Assembly: GCA_034667725.1 (NCBI GenBank)
Contig: JAXDQS010000005.1
Span: 127,228 to 191,227, forward strand
Length of the DNA: 64,000 bases
Direction: 5' to 3'
DNA from: Thermoplasmata archaeon
Lineage (GTDB): Archaea; Thermoplasmatota; E2; JACPAO01; JAHFTW01
Below, one piece after another: positions 27,482 to 37,465 of this stretch. Both the position numbers and the translations under genes were made by a program. The notes beneath the pieces are model-generated. The model worked only from the letters and a program-made list of their open reading frames with translations. It did not search any database and was not told the origin of the DNA. Every line of letters begins with the position of its first letter. The stretch's first letter is position 1.

Positions 27482-28198
27482 TTAGTGCTGCGACTTCTCC
27501 AGGACGCGCACGTGCTCGCCCTTGACGGTGATGGGGATCGGCACCATGGACTCGATGAGCTCCACCGTGATCTCCTCCTTGGTGTCGTCGACGCGGGTGA
27601 CCTTGGCCTTCTCGCCGCGGAACGGACCGCTCACGAGCTCCACGATGTCGCCCTCCGCGATCTTGGCGACGGCGGACACCGGCGTCAGGAAATGCGCGAT
27701 CTCCGAGAACGGAATGTCCACCGGAATCTTGCGGGTGACCACCTTGCCGCGGCGGTCGCGCGCGATGTTGCCGTTCTCGTCCCGGACCTCCTCCTGGCGC
27801 GTCACGAGGGCGCGGGCGTAGGAGACGCCGCGGATGCCCTTCTCGGCCTCCAACGGGTTCGAGGTCTCCAAGAAGACGAAGCCGCGCAGCTCGGCGGGGC
27901 TCAGGATGGCGCTGATCGGGAGCTTGAAGCGGCGCGCCTTGTTGCCCAGCGCCTCCGCCACGCGGCGCTCCTGGCCGACCTGGGTCTTGAGGACCAGGAT
28001 CTGGCTGCCGGTGAGCGCCTCGGGCTCGGTGTCCGCGATCTCGGCGCGCTTGGCCTTCTTGCGACGCGGCGTCTTGGCGTCCTTCGGCTCCGCGGGGTTG
28101 TCCTGCGTGACGGCGGGCGTCGCGGTGGGCTTGGCCTGGGCCTTCTGGGCCAGCTCTTCCTTCGTGGGTAGGATGCCGAGGTCGCCTTCGTCCTGCAT
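27482..28198 (-). CDS. spt5: Transcription elongation factor Spt5 (NusG homologue)
   Basis: NGN domain 'TQVGQE...LRGFVFLE' and KOW 'GDIVELVSGPFRGEKAKV...PIPITV'. Confidence 0.95.
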   Translation of the reverse strand: MQDEGDLGILPTKEELAQKAQAKPTATPAVTQDNPAEPKDAKTPRRKKAKRAEIADTEPEALTGSQILVLKTQVGQERRVAEALGNKARRFKLPISAILSPAELRGFVFLETSNPLEAEKGIRGVSYARALVTRQEEVRDENGNIARDRRGKVVTRKIPVDIPFSEIAHFLTPVSAVAKIAEGDIVELVSGPFRGEKAKVTRVDDTKEEITVELIESMVPIPITVKGEHVRVLEKSQH

Positions 28199-28319
28199 GG
28201 ATTTTCACCGCTTGCTCCCGCTGGGTCCCAACAAGAGCAAGGGTCGCGACAAGGCGACGGTATTTGGGCGTTGCGCAGAAGGCGGTCGATTTCCAGGGTT
28301 GGCTCGCCGTTGGCTGCTC

Positions 28320-28592
28320 AACTCAGAAGATTCCCACAGAGGCCTGTGGAGTCTGTGTCTAGTTGCGGTCGCGACGAGCACTGATTCTCTCAGATTCGGA
28401 AGATTCCCACAGAACTCCGTGGAATCTGTGTCTAGTTGCGGCCGCCCACGAGCACTGATTTACCCAGATTCGGAAGATTCCCTCAAAACTCTGTGGAATC
28501 TGTGTCCAGTCGGCGGCTCCGCGACGAGCACTGATTTGCACAGATTCGGAAGATTCCCACAGAACTCTGTGGAATCTGTGTCCAGTCGGCGG
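28320..28592. repeat. Repeat family A, array 2: four tandem 73-76 bp units
   Basis: GAAGATTCCC units start at 28326, 28399, 28473 and 28549; core GATTCCCACAGA-AC-TCTGTGGAATCTGTG. Confidence 0.93.
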
Positions 28593-28651
28593 CGTGTGGT
28601 TCCACCGACCCCGTCCACGCCCTGAAGAATCCTGCCCGGCTCTTGCTGCCC

Positions 28652-28816
28652 ATGCACCCGCTCCACCTTGCCCTGCACGCCGACGGCGCCTGGACCGCCA
28701 CCTGCGGCGACGACGAGCTGGACGGCATGGCCTTCGGCGAGACGCCCGCCATCCGCGCCACCATGACCCTCTGGGGACCCGCCACGCCGGGCGTCCTGCG
28801 CGCCGTCGCCGCCTGA
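28652..28816 (+). CDS. Small hypothetical protein (54 aa, below ORF-track cutoff)
   Basis: MHPLHLALHADGAWTATCGDDELDGMAFGETPAIRATMTLWGPATPGVLRAVAA; almost all codons end in G/C. Confidence 0.5.
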   Translation: MHPLHLALHADGAWTATCGDDELDGMAFGETPAIRATMTLWGPATPGVLRAVAA

Positions 28817-29007
28817 GCTTCCTGTGCAACCCGCGGCGATCTGCCGCCGCCCCCGCCCCCATCAGCCGGGCTTCCGGCACGGAACCCCCAGCGGCCGGTG
28901 GAGGCAAGGCGCGGAACGCGGGTGCTCCACTGGAAACCCTACCGTTGTTTCCGACAAGCCGGGGTCTCTGCGATGGGGTTTTGTGGGGACCTGTGGTTCG
29001 CGCCCCG

Positions 29008-29325
29008 ATGAGCCCGTTCCCCATCGCCCCACCTCGTAGCGACGACCGCGACGCCTGGATGTCCTTGCAGGAGAACCCGCACATCGACGGCGACACTGCC
29101 CACGACCTCATGCGCCTGGGCATCCGCCGCGGCGAGGACCTCACGGACAAGGACCCGCTGGACCTCTACCGCCGCCTGTCCGCGCTCGACCAGGAGTCGC
29201 ACGACGTCCGCAAGGCCCGCCTCTACGCCATGGCGATCGAGGCCGCCCGCCGCGAGCCCGACCTCGGCCCCGCCGCCGGCACGCGCCGGCCGGGCGGCTT
29301 CCTCGCGCGCTGGCGCCACAAGTAG
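29008..29325 (+). CDS. Helix-hairpin-helix protein (Cdd1/TfoX C-terminal-like)
   Basis: 'LQENPHIDGDTAHDLMRLGIRRGEDLTDKDPLDLYRRL...HD'. Confidence 0.6.
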   Translation: MSPFPIAPPRSDDRDAWMSLQENPHIDGDTAHDLMRLGIRRGEDLTDKDPLDLYRRLSALDQESHDVRKARLYAMAIEAARREPDLGPAAGTRRPGGFLARWRHK

Positions 29326-29327
29326 GC

Positions 29328-30500
29328 CTACAGGACGCGGACCTGCGCCGCCGCCCGCTTCGCCTTGGCGCGCGCCTCGGAGATTGTCGCCCCACTGGCA
29401 ACAATCACGCCCATGCGGCGGTTGCGGTGCGCCGCGGGCTTGCCGAACAGGCGGATGGCGGTGCCGGGCTCGGCCAGCGCCGCCTCGACGCCTTCGAACG
29501 CCGGCGGCTCCGACGACGCCGTGGCGAGGATGACGGCGCTGGCGGTCGGGCCGAGGTGGCCGACGTCGGGGATGGGCAGGCCGGTGATGGCGCGGACGTG
29601 CAGCGCGAACTCCGACAGGGTCTGGCTGCCGAGGGTCACGAGGCCGGTGTCGTGCGGGCGCGGGCTGACCTCGGAGAACCAGACCTCGTCGCCGGCGACG
29701 AACAGCTCGACGCCGAACAGGCCGCGGCCGCCGAGCGCCTCGGTGACGCTGCGTCCAATGGCTTGGCTGCGCTGGAGGGCGACGGGGGACATGGCCATGG
29801 GCTGCCAGGACTCGCGGTAGTCGCCGTCGACCTGGACATGGCCGATGGGCGGGCAGAAGGTGGTGCCGCCGGCGTGGCGGATGGTGAGGAGCGTGATCTC
29901 GTACTCGAACGGGATGAACGACTCGACGATGACGCGGCCGGTGTTGACGCGCCCCTGCATCGCGTAGGCCCACGCCTTGTCCACGTCCGCGTGCGCGCGC
30001 ACGACGCTCTGGCCCTTGCCGCTGCTGCTCATGGTCGGCTTGACGACGCACGGGAACCCGATGGCGGCGACGGCGGCGCGGAACTCCTCCGGGCTGCTTG
30101 CGAATTGATAGCGGCTCGTGGGCAGGCCCAAGGTCTCGGCGGCCAGGCGGCGGATGCCTTCGCGGTCCATCGTGAGGCGGGCGGCGCGCGCGGTCGGCAC
30201 CACGTGGAACCCCTCGGCCTCCAGCTTCTCCAGCTCGGCGGTGGCGATGGCCTCGATCTCCGGCACGATCCAGTCCGGGTCCTCCTGCTCGATGACGGCG
30301 CGCAACGCCTTCGAATCGGTCATGTCCACGACGTGGCTGCGGTGCGCCACCTGCATCGCCGGCGCGTTGGGGTAACGGTCCACGGCCACCGTCTCGATCC
30401 CCAGCCGCTGCGCCTCCAGCACGACCTCCTTCCCAAGCTCGCCGGAGCCCAAGAGCAGCATCTTGCGGGCGTTGCTGGCAAGCGGGGTGCCCCAGGCCAC
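29328..30500 (-). CDS. purT: Formate-dependent phosphoribosylglycinamide formyltransferase
   Basis: GTPL...[43 protein letters not shown]. Confidence 0.96.
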   Translation of the reverse strand: MAWGTPLASNARKMLLLGSGELGKEVVLEAQRLGIETVAVDRYPNAPAMQVAHRSHVVDMTDSKALRAVIEQEDPDWIVPEIEAIATAELEKLEAEGFHVVPTARAARLTMDREGIRRLAAETLGLPTSRYQFASSPEEFRAAVAAIGFPCVVKPTMSSSGKGQSVVRAHADVDKAWAYAMQGRVNTGRVIVESFIPFEYEITLLTIRHAGGTTFCPPIGHVQVDGDYRESWQPMAMSPVALQRSQAIGRSVTEALGGRGLFGVELFVAGDEVWFSEVSPRPHDTGLVTLGSQTLSEFALHVRAITGLPIPDVGHLGPTASAVILATASSEPPAFEGVEAALAEPGTAIRLFGKPAAHRNRRMGVIVASGATISEARAKAKRAAAQVRVL

Positions 30501-30577
30501 GGCCGCCGTGCGCGAAGCCACCGATATAGACGTTTCCACGCCGGTTCATCAAGCTCCCGCCCCCCAAACGGGGGCCC

Positions 30578-31702
30578 ATGCGCCTTGAACAGCGCGTGTG
30601 GGACGCAGCCGAAGGCTGGCATGGCGAAGCAGCCCTCCCGGAGGCCCAGCTCGTCCTGGTCTTCGGCGGCCGCGACGGCCTCGCCCCCGCCTCGCTCGAC
30701 CGCTTGGCGCACGACTACCCTGGCGCCATCCTGGCCGGCTGCTCGACCGCCGGCGAGATCGCGGGCACCCACGTCCACGACGACCACGCCGTCGCCACCG
30801 CCGTCCGCTTTGCCGGCACCCCCGTCCGGGCGGTCCACATCGACCTCCAGCAAGGCGAGGCCTCGGAGGCCGCCGGCGCCCGCCTGGCCGCCCAGCTCCC
30901 CGCCGCCGGCCTGGTCCACGTCCTCGTGTTCTCCGACGGCCAGCACGTCAACGGCAGCGCCCTCGTGGCCGGGATGCAGCAGCGTCTCCCCGCCGGCGTG
31001 CAGCTCACCGGCGGCCTGGCCGGCGACGGCCCGCGCTTCCAGCACACCCTCACGGTGGCGGCCGGCGAGGCGCGCGAGGACCGCATCGTCGCCGTCGGCT
31101 TCTACGGCCCCCGCCTCCGGGTCGGCTTCGGCTCGCTCGGCGGCTGGGACCCCTTCGGCCCGCAGCGCCGCGTCACCCGCGCCGTCGGCAACGTCCTGTA
31201 CGAACTCGACGGCCAGCCCGCCCTCGCCCTCTACAAGCGCTACCTCGGCGACCAGAGCGCCGGGCTGCCCGCCACCGGCCTGCTGTTCCCGTTGAGCCTG
31301 CGGCGCGACGACGGCGGCGAAGTGGTGCGCACCATCCTCGCCGTCAACGAGGCCGACCAGTCGATGACGTTCGCCGGCGACATCCCGGAAGGCCTCATGG
31401 TGCGCCTCATGAAGGCCAACTTCGACCGCCTGGTGGACGGCGCCCACGGCGCCGCCGAGACCAGCCAGGCCGCCCTGGGCTCCGACCACGCCGAGCTGGC
31501 GCTCCTGATCAGCTGCGTCGGCCGCAAGCTGGTGCTCAAGCAGCGCGTCGAGGAGGAGCTGGAGGCGGTGCAGCAGGTCGTCGGCCACGGCGCGGCGCTT
31601 GCCGGCTTCTACTCCTACGGCGAAATCTGCCCCGCGGCCCCGGCGGCCAGCTGCGAGCTGCACAACCAGACCATGACCATCACCACCTTCGCCGAGGCAT
31701 GA
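30578..31702 (+). CDS. FIST N/FIST C sensory domain protein
   Basis: GCSTAGEI, GGLAGDG, GGWDPFG, ISCVGR, GFYSYGE, LHNQTMT. Confidence 0.93.
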   Translation: MRLEQRVWDAAEGWHGEAALPEAQLVLVFGGRDGLAPASLDRLAHDYPGAILAGCSTAGEIAGTHVHDDHAVATAVRFAGTPVRAVHIDLQQGEASEAAGARLAAQLPAAGLVHVLVFSDGQHVNGSALVAGMQQRLPAGVQLTGGLAGDGPRFQHTLTVAAGEAREDRIVAVGFYGPRLRVGFGSLGGWDPFGPQRRVTRAVGNVLYELDGQPALALYKRYLGDQSAGLPATGLLFPLSLRRDDGGEVVRTILAVNEADQSMTFAGDIPEGLMVRLMKANFDRLVDGAHGAAETSQAALGSDHAELALLISCVGRKLVLKQRVEEELEAVQQVVGHGAALAGFYSYGEICPAAPAASCELHNQTMTITTFAEA

Positions 31703-33385
31703 ATGCACAAGCTCCTGGAACGGCAGCTCCGCAGGGCCTTCGGCGGCCCCGACGGCGTGCCGCCAGGGCTCCAGCCGCTCCTGGACGCCATCGACGCCAC
31801 CTACCGGGGCAACGACGAGGACCGCGCCCTGCTGGAGCGCTCGATGGAGCTGACCTCCCAGGAGCTCCTGGCGCTCAACGACGAGCTGCGCGGCCAGCGT
31901 GACCAGCAGCGCGTCATCTTCGACTCGGTGCCCGCCCTCATCTTCTACAAGGACACCGAGAACCGCATCCTGCGCCTCAACGCGCCGGCAGCCGCCGTCT
32001 TCGGCGCCAAGGTCGAGGACATCGAAGGCAAGTCCACCTACGACCTCATGCCGCACGACGCCGCCAAGCGGCTGCACGACGACGACCTGGAAGTCGTCCG
32101 CAGCGCCCAGCCCAAGCTCGGCATCCTCGAGTCCCACCCCGACGGCGCCGGCAACCTCCGCTGGGCCCGCACCGACAAGGTGCCCTACCGCGACGCCGCC
32201 GGCAAGGTCGCCGGCGTCCTCGTGCTGTCGCAGGACATCACCGAACGCCGCCGCGCCGAGGCAGCGCTCCGGGAGTCCGAGCGCCGCTACCGCCTCATCG
32301 TCGAGACCGCCACCGAAGGCATCTGGAGCGTCGACACCGAAGGCCGCACCACCTACGCCAACGCCGTCCTGGCGCAGATGCTCGCCGTCACCCCCGAGGA
32401 GATTCAGGGCCGCAACGTCCTCGACTTCATCGGCCCGGACGACCGCGCCGCCGCCGAGAGCCGGCTTGCCCGCCTGTTCGCCGGCGGCAGCGCCCGCATG
32501 GACCTCCGGTTCCGCCGCGGCGACGGCGCCGTCCTGTGGACCCAGGCCTCCGGCTCCGCCATCCGCGACGGCGACGGCAAGGTCGTGGGCGCGCTCGGGA
32601 TGCTCACCGACATCACCAAGCGCCGCGAGGCCGAGGAGGAGCTGCGCGCCGCCTACACCCGGCTCCAGCAGGTCGACCAGTCGCGCATCCACTTCCTCAA
32701 CACCGCCGCCCACGAGCTGGGCACCCCGCTGACGCCCTTGGTCCTGCAGATGCGCGTCCTCAAAGGGATGCTCGACGCCGCGCCGCCGGAGACGCGCCGC
32801 AGCCTCGCCGTCGTGGAGCGCAGCGTGCAGCGGCTCCAGTCGCTCGTGCAGGACCTGCTGGACGCCGCCCGCCTCGAGTCGGGCCAGCTCCGCATGAACC
32901 TGCGCGACCTGGACGCCACCCTGCTGGCGCACCAGGCCGCCGAGTCGTTCGCCCACGTCGCCCGCCAGGCGCGCGTCACGCTCGACGTGCAGGCCAAGGG
33001 CCGGGTGGCGGTGCGCGCGGACCCGGCACGGCTCGGGCAAGTGCTCGACAACCTGGTCGGCAACGCCCTCAAGTTCACGCCGGCCGGCGGCCGCGTCGTC
33101 GTCCGCGCCGAGGCCGACGGCGACGCCGCGGTGGTGTCGGTGGCGGACACCGGCATCGGCATCCCGGCGGACGCCATCCCCAAGCTGTTCCAGCCGTTCT
33201 CGCAGGTCCACGACCCCATGAAGGTCAACGCCAGCGGCACCGGCCTCGGCCTCTACATCAGCAAGGCCATCGTCGAGGCGCTGGGCGGCAAGGTCGAGGC
33301 CACGAGCGCCGGGGCGGGGCGCGGCACGACGGTGACGCTGCGGCTGCCGCTGGTGCAGGTGGAGCGCGAGCATCTGGTGGCCTAG
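31703..33385 (+). CDS. PAS-PAS sensor histidine kinase
   Basis: Two PAS/PAC domains (DITER, DITKR), H-box AHELGTPL, NALKF, DTGIGI, GTGLGL. Confidence 0.94.
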   Translation: MHKLLERQLRRAFGGPDGVPPGLQPLLDAIDATYRGNDEDRALLERSMELTSQELLALNDELRGQRDQQRVIFDSVPALIFYKDTENRILRLNAPAAAVFGAKVEDIEGKSTYDLMPHDAAKRLHDDDLEVVRSAQPKLGILESHPDGAGNLRWARTDKVPYRDAAGKVAGVLVLSQDITERRRAEAALRESERRYRLIVETATEGIWSVDTEGRTTYANAVLAQMLAVTPEEIQGRNVLDFIGPDDRAAAESRLARLFAGGSARMDLRFRRGDGAVLWTQASGSAIRDGDGKVVGALGMLTDITKRREAEEELRAAYTRLQQVDQSRIHFLNTAAHELGTPLTPLVLQMRVLKGMLDAAPPETRRSLAVVERSVQRLQSLVQDLLDAARLESGQLRMNLRDLDATLLAHQAAESFAHVARQARVTLDVQAKGRVAVRADPARLGQVLDNLVGNALKFTPAGGRVVVRAEADGDAAVVSVADTGIGIPADAIPKLFQPFSQVHDPMKVNASGTGLGLYISKAIVEALGGKVEATSAGAGRGTTVTLRLPLVQVEREHLVA

Positions 33386-33575
33386 CCCGAGGGTTGGTGG
33401 CGCCAACCACCACCCTTAACCGCCCGCGCGCTCACGCAGCCTCAAGTCAGAACGAGCAGCGTTCATGGCCGCAGGCGTGCGTCGCCCAACCCCCAACGGG
33501 GTCCGCCGCCTGCTTTGTGTCCCGCTTGGGACGGGTCCGGGCGACGATGCATCTCCGCCCAGACCCAGTGAAACC

Positions 33576-34880
33576 ATGCAGTCCAACCCTGCGGCCCCGG
33601 CCGCCCCCACGTTCAGCCAGTTCCCCCTCAGCGCCGGCACCCTCGACGCCATCGCCGCCATGGGCTACGAGAACCCCTCCCCCATCCAGCTGGATGCCAT
33701 CCCGCACCTGCTGGCCGGCCGCGACCTTCTCGGCCAGGCCCGCACGGGCACCGGCAAGACCGCCGCCTTCGGCATCCCGCTGGTCGAGAAATGCCGCACC
33801 CTGAAGAACGCCGGCGTCGCGGCGCTCATCCTGGTCCCCACCCGCGAGCTCTGCCTCCAGGTGGCGCAGGAGCTCTCCGAGATCGCCAAGGCCTCCGGCC
33901 TGCGCATCGTGACCGTGTACGGCGGCGTCGGCATGGGCAACCAGACCGCGGAGCTGACCCGGCACGGCGGCACCATCCTCCTGGTCGCCACCCCCGGCCG
34001 CCTCCTCGACCACGTCCAGCAGGGCACCGCCCGCCTCGAGAAGGTCAAGTTCCTGATCCTGGACGAGGCCGACCGGATGCTCGACATGGGCTTCCTGCCC
34101 GACATGGAGCGCGTGCTGCGCGCCGTCCCCAAGGTCCGCCAGACGATGCTGTTCTCGGCCACCGTGCCCGAGCCCATCCGCCGCCTGACCTCCAAGTTCC
34201 TCACCGACCCCGTCACCGTCAAGGTCGAGGCCGGCCCCACCGCGACGCCGCTGTGCGAGCAGTTCAAGGTCCACCTCGAGAAGACCCAGAAGACCCGTGC
34301 CCTGCTGGCGCTGCTTGCGAAGGAGAAGCCGGAGCGCACCATCGTCTTCACCCGCACCAAGCACCTCGCCAAGCGCCTGGCCCCCCAGCTCTCCAAAGCT
34401 GGCCACAACGCCGTCGCCCTCCAGGGCAACATGAGCCAGAACCAGCGCGAACGCTCGATGCAGGCGTTCCGCGACGGCGAGGCCACCCTGCTGGTCGCCA
34501 CCGACGTCGCCAGCCGCGGCATCGACGTCCCCGAGGTCAGCCACGTCGTCAACTACGACCTGCCCGACGAGCCCGAGGCCTACGTCCACCGCATCGGCCG
34601 CACCGGCCGCATGGGCCGCACCGGCCGCAGCTTCACCTTCGTCCAGAGCGACGAGCACCGGGACCTGAAGAACATCGAGCGCATCTCGGGAACCCAGATG
34701 GCGCAGTTCGACGTCGGCGAGCTCCCGCCCGAGCCGCCGCAGGTCGTCCCCGAGCGCCGCGAGCGGCTCCCCGGCCCGTCCGGCGGCTACGGCCGCGGAC
34801 AAGGCCGCGGGCAGGGCAGGGGCCGCGGCTCCGGCCCGGGCCACCACGCCAAGAAGGCGCCGCAAGGCCGCCGCTGGTAA
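33576..34880 (+). CDS. DEAD-box RNA helicase
   Basis: Q motif, [35 protein letters not shown]; RG-rich tail. Confidence 0.96.
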   Translation: MQSNPAAPAAPTFSQFPLSAGTLDAIAAMGYENPSPIQLDAIPHLLAGRDLLGQARTGTGKTAAFGIPLVEKCRTLKNAGVAALILVPTRELCLQVAQELSEIAKASGLRIVTVYGGVGMGNQTAELTRHGGTILLVATPGRLLDHVQQGTARLEKVKFLILDEADRMLDMGFLPDMERVLRAVPKVRQTMLFSATVPEPIRRLTSKFLTDPVTVKVEAGPTATPLCEQFKVHLEKTQKTRALLALLAKEKPERTIVFTRTKHLAKRLAPQLSKAGHNAVALQGNMSQNQRERSMQAFRDGEATLLVATDVASRGIDVPEVSHVVNYDLPDEPEAYVHRIGRTGRMGRTGRSFTFVQSDEHRDLKNIERISGTQMAQFDVGELPPEPPQVVPERRERLPGPSGGYGRGQGRGQGRGRGSGPGHHAKKAPQGRRW

Positions 34881-34896
34881 ACCCACCCATCGCCTT

Positions 34897-35040
34897 GGGG
34901 GCCGCCGCGCGCCTCGGGCGCGCAGGACCGAGCACGCCCGCCTGCGCGAGCGCCAGCGAGCGCACGGGCCGAGGGAGCGGCCCCCTCGTCGGCCGCGCGC
35001 AGCGCCCCCAGGCGGACACGCGAGTGGAACGAGCGTGTCC
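34897..35040. repeat. Repeat family B, copy 1 (structured GC-rich element)
   Basis: About 95 bp closely match the reverse complement of ~54963-55058; internal stems GGGGGCCGC/GCGGCCCCC and GCGCAGG/CCTGCGC; terminal hairpin. Confidence 0.8.
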
Positions 35041-35085
35041 GTTCACGACAGAGGCTATAACGCACCCCCGTTGTGGCAAGCCGCC

Positions 35086-35760
35086 ATGACGGATCGCGCC
35101 CACATGGACAGGCCTGCGGCGGCCATCGCCGTCCTGTCCGGTGTCCTCTTGATCGCTGCCAGTCTGCCGTTCGCCATCCTGGCGCTGCCGCAGAAGCCGA
35201 TCGAGTACAACGTGTTCTGGACGGAGGAGGAGGCGGGCCGCGCCCCGTTGCAGGCGACCGGCGACAGCCAGACCAAGTCCGTCACGCTGCACGTCGCCGG
35301 CCACCTCGCCAACGTCACGGTCTCCATCGCGGCCCAGGCGTGCCAGGACGGGTTCGAGCCGGACGCGCCCTATGGCCAGAAGCCGGTCCGCGTCACGTGG
35401 CGGCTGCTGCAGGACGGCGCCAAGGTCCACGAGGAGTCCGCCTTCACCTGCGCCGACGTGGCCGCCGGCCGCGAGCGCACCTTCACCATCGGCAACGGCA
35501 CCCACCCCGACCTCGGCTCTCTCAAGGCGCTCAACCGCACCGAGGCCGAGCGCGTCTTCGGCGCCAAGACCGACGACACCCTCCGGGACGTCACCTACAC
35601 CCTGGAGGCCACCTGGGCCCGCGGGGCGGCCAGCCCCACGCTGCCGCCGCTGGGCAGCCTGCCCGGCGTCACGCCCGCCACCACCTTCAGCCTCACCCTG
35701 AACCTCGCCGCCTCCAGCTGGGACGCGCGCATCGAGGAGAAGCCGGAGGTGGGCAAGTGA
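35086..35760 (+). CDS. Membrane-anchored hypothetical protein
   Basis: N-terminal TM; TATAA about 26 nt upstream; stop overlaps the permease start. Confidence 0.7.
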   Translation: MTDRAHMDRPAAAIAVLSGVLLIAASLPFAILALPQKPIEYNVFWTEEEAGRAPLQATGDSQTKSVTLHVAGHLANVTVSIAAQACQDGFEPDAPYGQKPVRVTWRLLQDGAKVHEESAFTCADVAAGRERTFTIGNGTHPDLGSLKALNRTEAERVFGAKTDDTLRDVTYTLEATWARGAASPTLPPLGSLPGVTPATTFSLTLNLAASSWDARIEEKPEVGK

Positions 35761-37433
35761 GCTTCCTGCGCCGCGGCATCGCCCGCATGGCCTACCGCAA
35801 GAACGTCGACCGCCTGCTGGAGGAGGCCCACAGCAAGCAGGGCCTCGCGAAGACCCTGGCCGCGAAGGACCTCATCGTCCTGGGTGTCGCCGGCATCATC
35901 GGCGCCGGCATCTTCGTGCTGATCGGCGAGGGCATCGAGAAGGCCGGCGTCGGCGTCATCCCGGCGTTCATCGTCGCGGCCGCCATCTGCGCCGTGGCCG
36001 GCTACGCCTACGCCGAGCTGGCCTCCGCCATCCCGGCCTCGGGCTCGGCCTACGCCTACATCTACACCGCCATGGGCGAGCTGCCCGGCTGGATGGTCGC
36101 CTGGGCGCTCATCCTGGAGTACGCCGTCGGCGCCATCGCGGTCGCCGTCGGCTGGCGCAACAACCTCTTGGCGCTCGTCAACCAGTTCAAGGACTCGGAC
36201 CCAGCGACCGACATCTTCGCGAACCAGTCCGGCTACTGGTGGACGCACAGCCCCTTCGAGTCCGTCACCTTGGACGACGGCACCGTGCTGCAGGGCATCG
36301 TCAACATCCCCAGCGTCATCATCGTGCTGCTGTGCACCCTGCTCTTGATCCGCGGCACCAAGGAGTCGGCCCGCTTCACCTTCGTCCTGGTCGTCATCAA
36401 GGTCGCGATCCTGGCGCTGGCCATCGTGGGCGGCTTCCTGTTCTTCGACGCCGCCAACTTCAGCGACCCGCTGCCCCACTACGAGATGGACGACGGAACG
36501 CTCTACGACGCCCGCGGCTGGCTCCCCGCCATCCAGTCGGTGTTCGCCGCCGCCGCCATCATGTTCTTCGCCTACATCGGGTTCGACTCGGTCTCGACCA
36601 CCGCCGAGGAGACCAAGAACCCGAAGCGCGACCTGCCGAAGGGCATCATCGGCAGCCTGCTCATCACGACGGCGCTCTACATCCTGGCCGCCGCGGCGCT
36701 CTCCTCCAGCAGCAACTGGACCAACTTCGCCGGCGACTCGGTGGCCGCCACCAACGCCCGCGGCGAGCCGTTCGGCTACGTGTTCGAGCAGAACGGGTTC
36801 CTGACCGGCAGCAACGTCTTCGGCGGCGCGGACGAGTTCGCCTACGGCGCCCTCATCATCCGCATCGGCGCCCTCATCGGCACCACCTCGGTGCTGCTGG
36901 TGCTGATCCTGGGCGGCGTCCGCGTGTTCTTCAACATGAGCCGCGACGGCCTGCTGCCCGGCTGGATGAGCCGCGTCTCCGCCCGCGGCGCCCCCGCCGC
37001 GACCACCCTGCTCTACGGCGCCTTCACGCTCTGCTTCGCCGCCTTGCTGGACCTCGGCGCCGCCGTCAACCTGGTGAACATCGGCACCCTGTTCGCGTTC
37101 TTCATGGTCATCCTGGCCGTGTGGCGCTTCCGCCGCAGCCGCCCCGACGTGGAGCGGCCGTTCCGGATGCCGCTGTGGTCGATCGACGACCGCCAAGGCC
37201 GCCCCATCGTCGCGTTCCTGCCGCTGCTGGGGATGCTGGGCGTCGCCGCCCTCATCGTGAGCCTCGACGGCTTCACGCTGCTGGCGAGCCTGGTCTGGGC
37301 CGGCATCGGCCTCGTGGTCTACGGCCTCTACGGCGTCCGGCACAGCCGCGAGGCCGGCGAGCGGCTGGCCGAGGCGCCGGTGGCCGCCACGGCCCGGGCC
37401 CGGCGCCGCAAGGCCGCCGAGCCGGAAGAATGA
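35757..37433 (+). CDS. Amino acid permease (APC family, cationic amino acid transporter-like)
   Basis: GIIGAGIF, YAELAS..P.SGSAY, FFAYIGFD..ST.AEE.KNP, RDGLLP. Confidence 0.93.
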   Translation: MSFLRRGIARMAYRKNVDRLLEEAHSKQGLAKTLAAKDLIVLGVAGIIGAGIFVLIGEGIEKAGVGVIPAFIVAAAICAVAGYAYAELASAIPASGSAYAYIYTAMGELPGWMVAWALILEYAVGAIAVAVGWRNNLLALVNQFKDSDPATDIFANQSGYWWTHSPFESVTLDDGTVLQGIVNIPSVIIVLLCTLLLIRGTKESARFTFVLVVIKVAILALAIVGGFLFFDAANFSDPLPHYEMDDGTLYDARGWLPAIQSVFAAAAIMFFAYIGFDSVSTTAEETKNPKRDLPKGIIGSLLITTALYILAAAALSSSSNWTNFAGDSVAATNARGEPFGYVFEQNGFLTGSNVFGGADEFAYGALIIRIGALIGTTSVLLVLILGGVRVFFNMSRDGLLPGWMSRVSARGAPAATTLLYGAFTLCFAALLDLGAAVNLVNIGTLFAFFMVILAVWRFRRSRPDVERPFRMPLWSIDDRQGRPIVAFLPLLGMLGVAALIVSLDGFTLLASLVWAGIGLVVYGLYGVRHSREAGERLAEAPVAATARARRRKAAEPEE

Positions 37434-37465
37434 CCTGAAGTCCTCCGCGGGGTCCCCCTCCGCCG

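Noticed and set aside
28320-28592. Family A arrays as CRISPR arrays (also 7795-8245 and 40712-40862)
   Set aside because: Inter-core sequences are related to each other rather than unique spacers, repeats are degenerate and in both orientations, and no cas genes or leader are visible.
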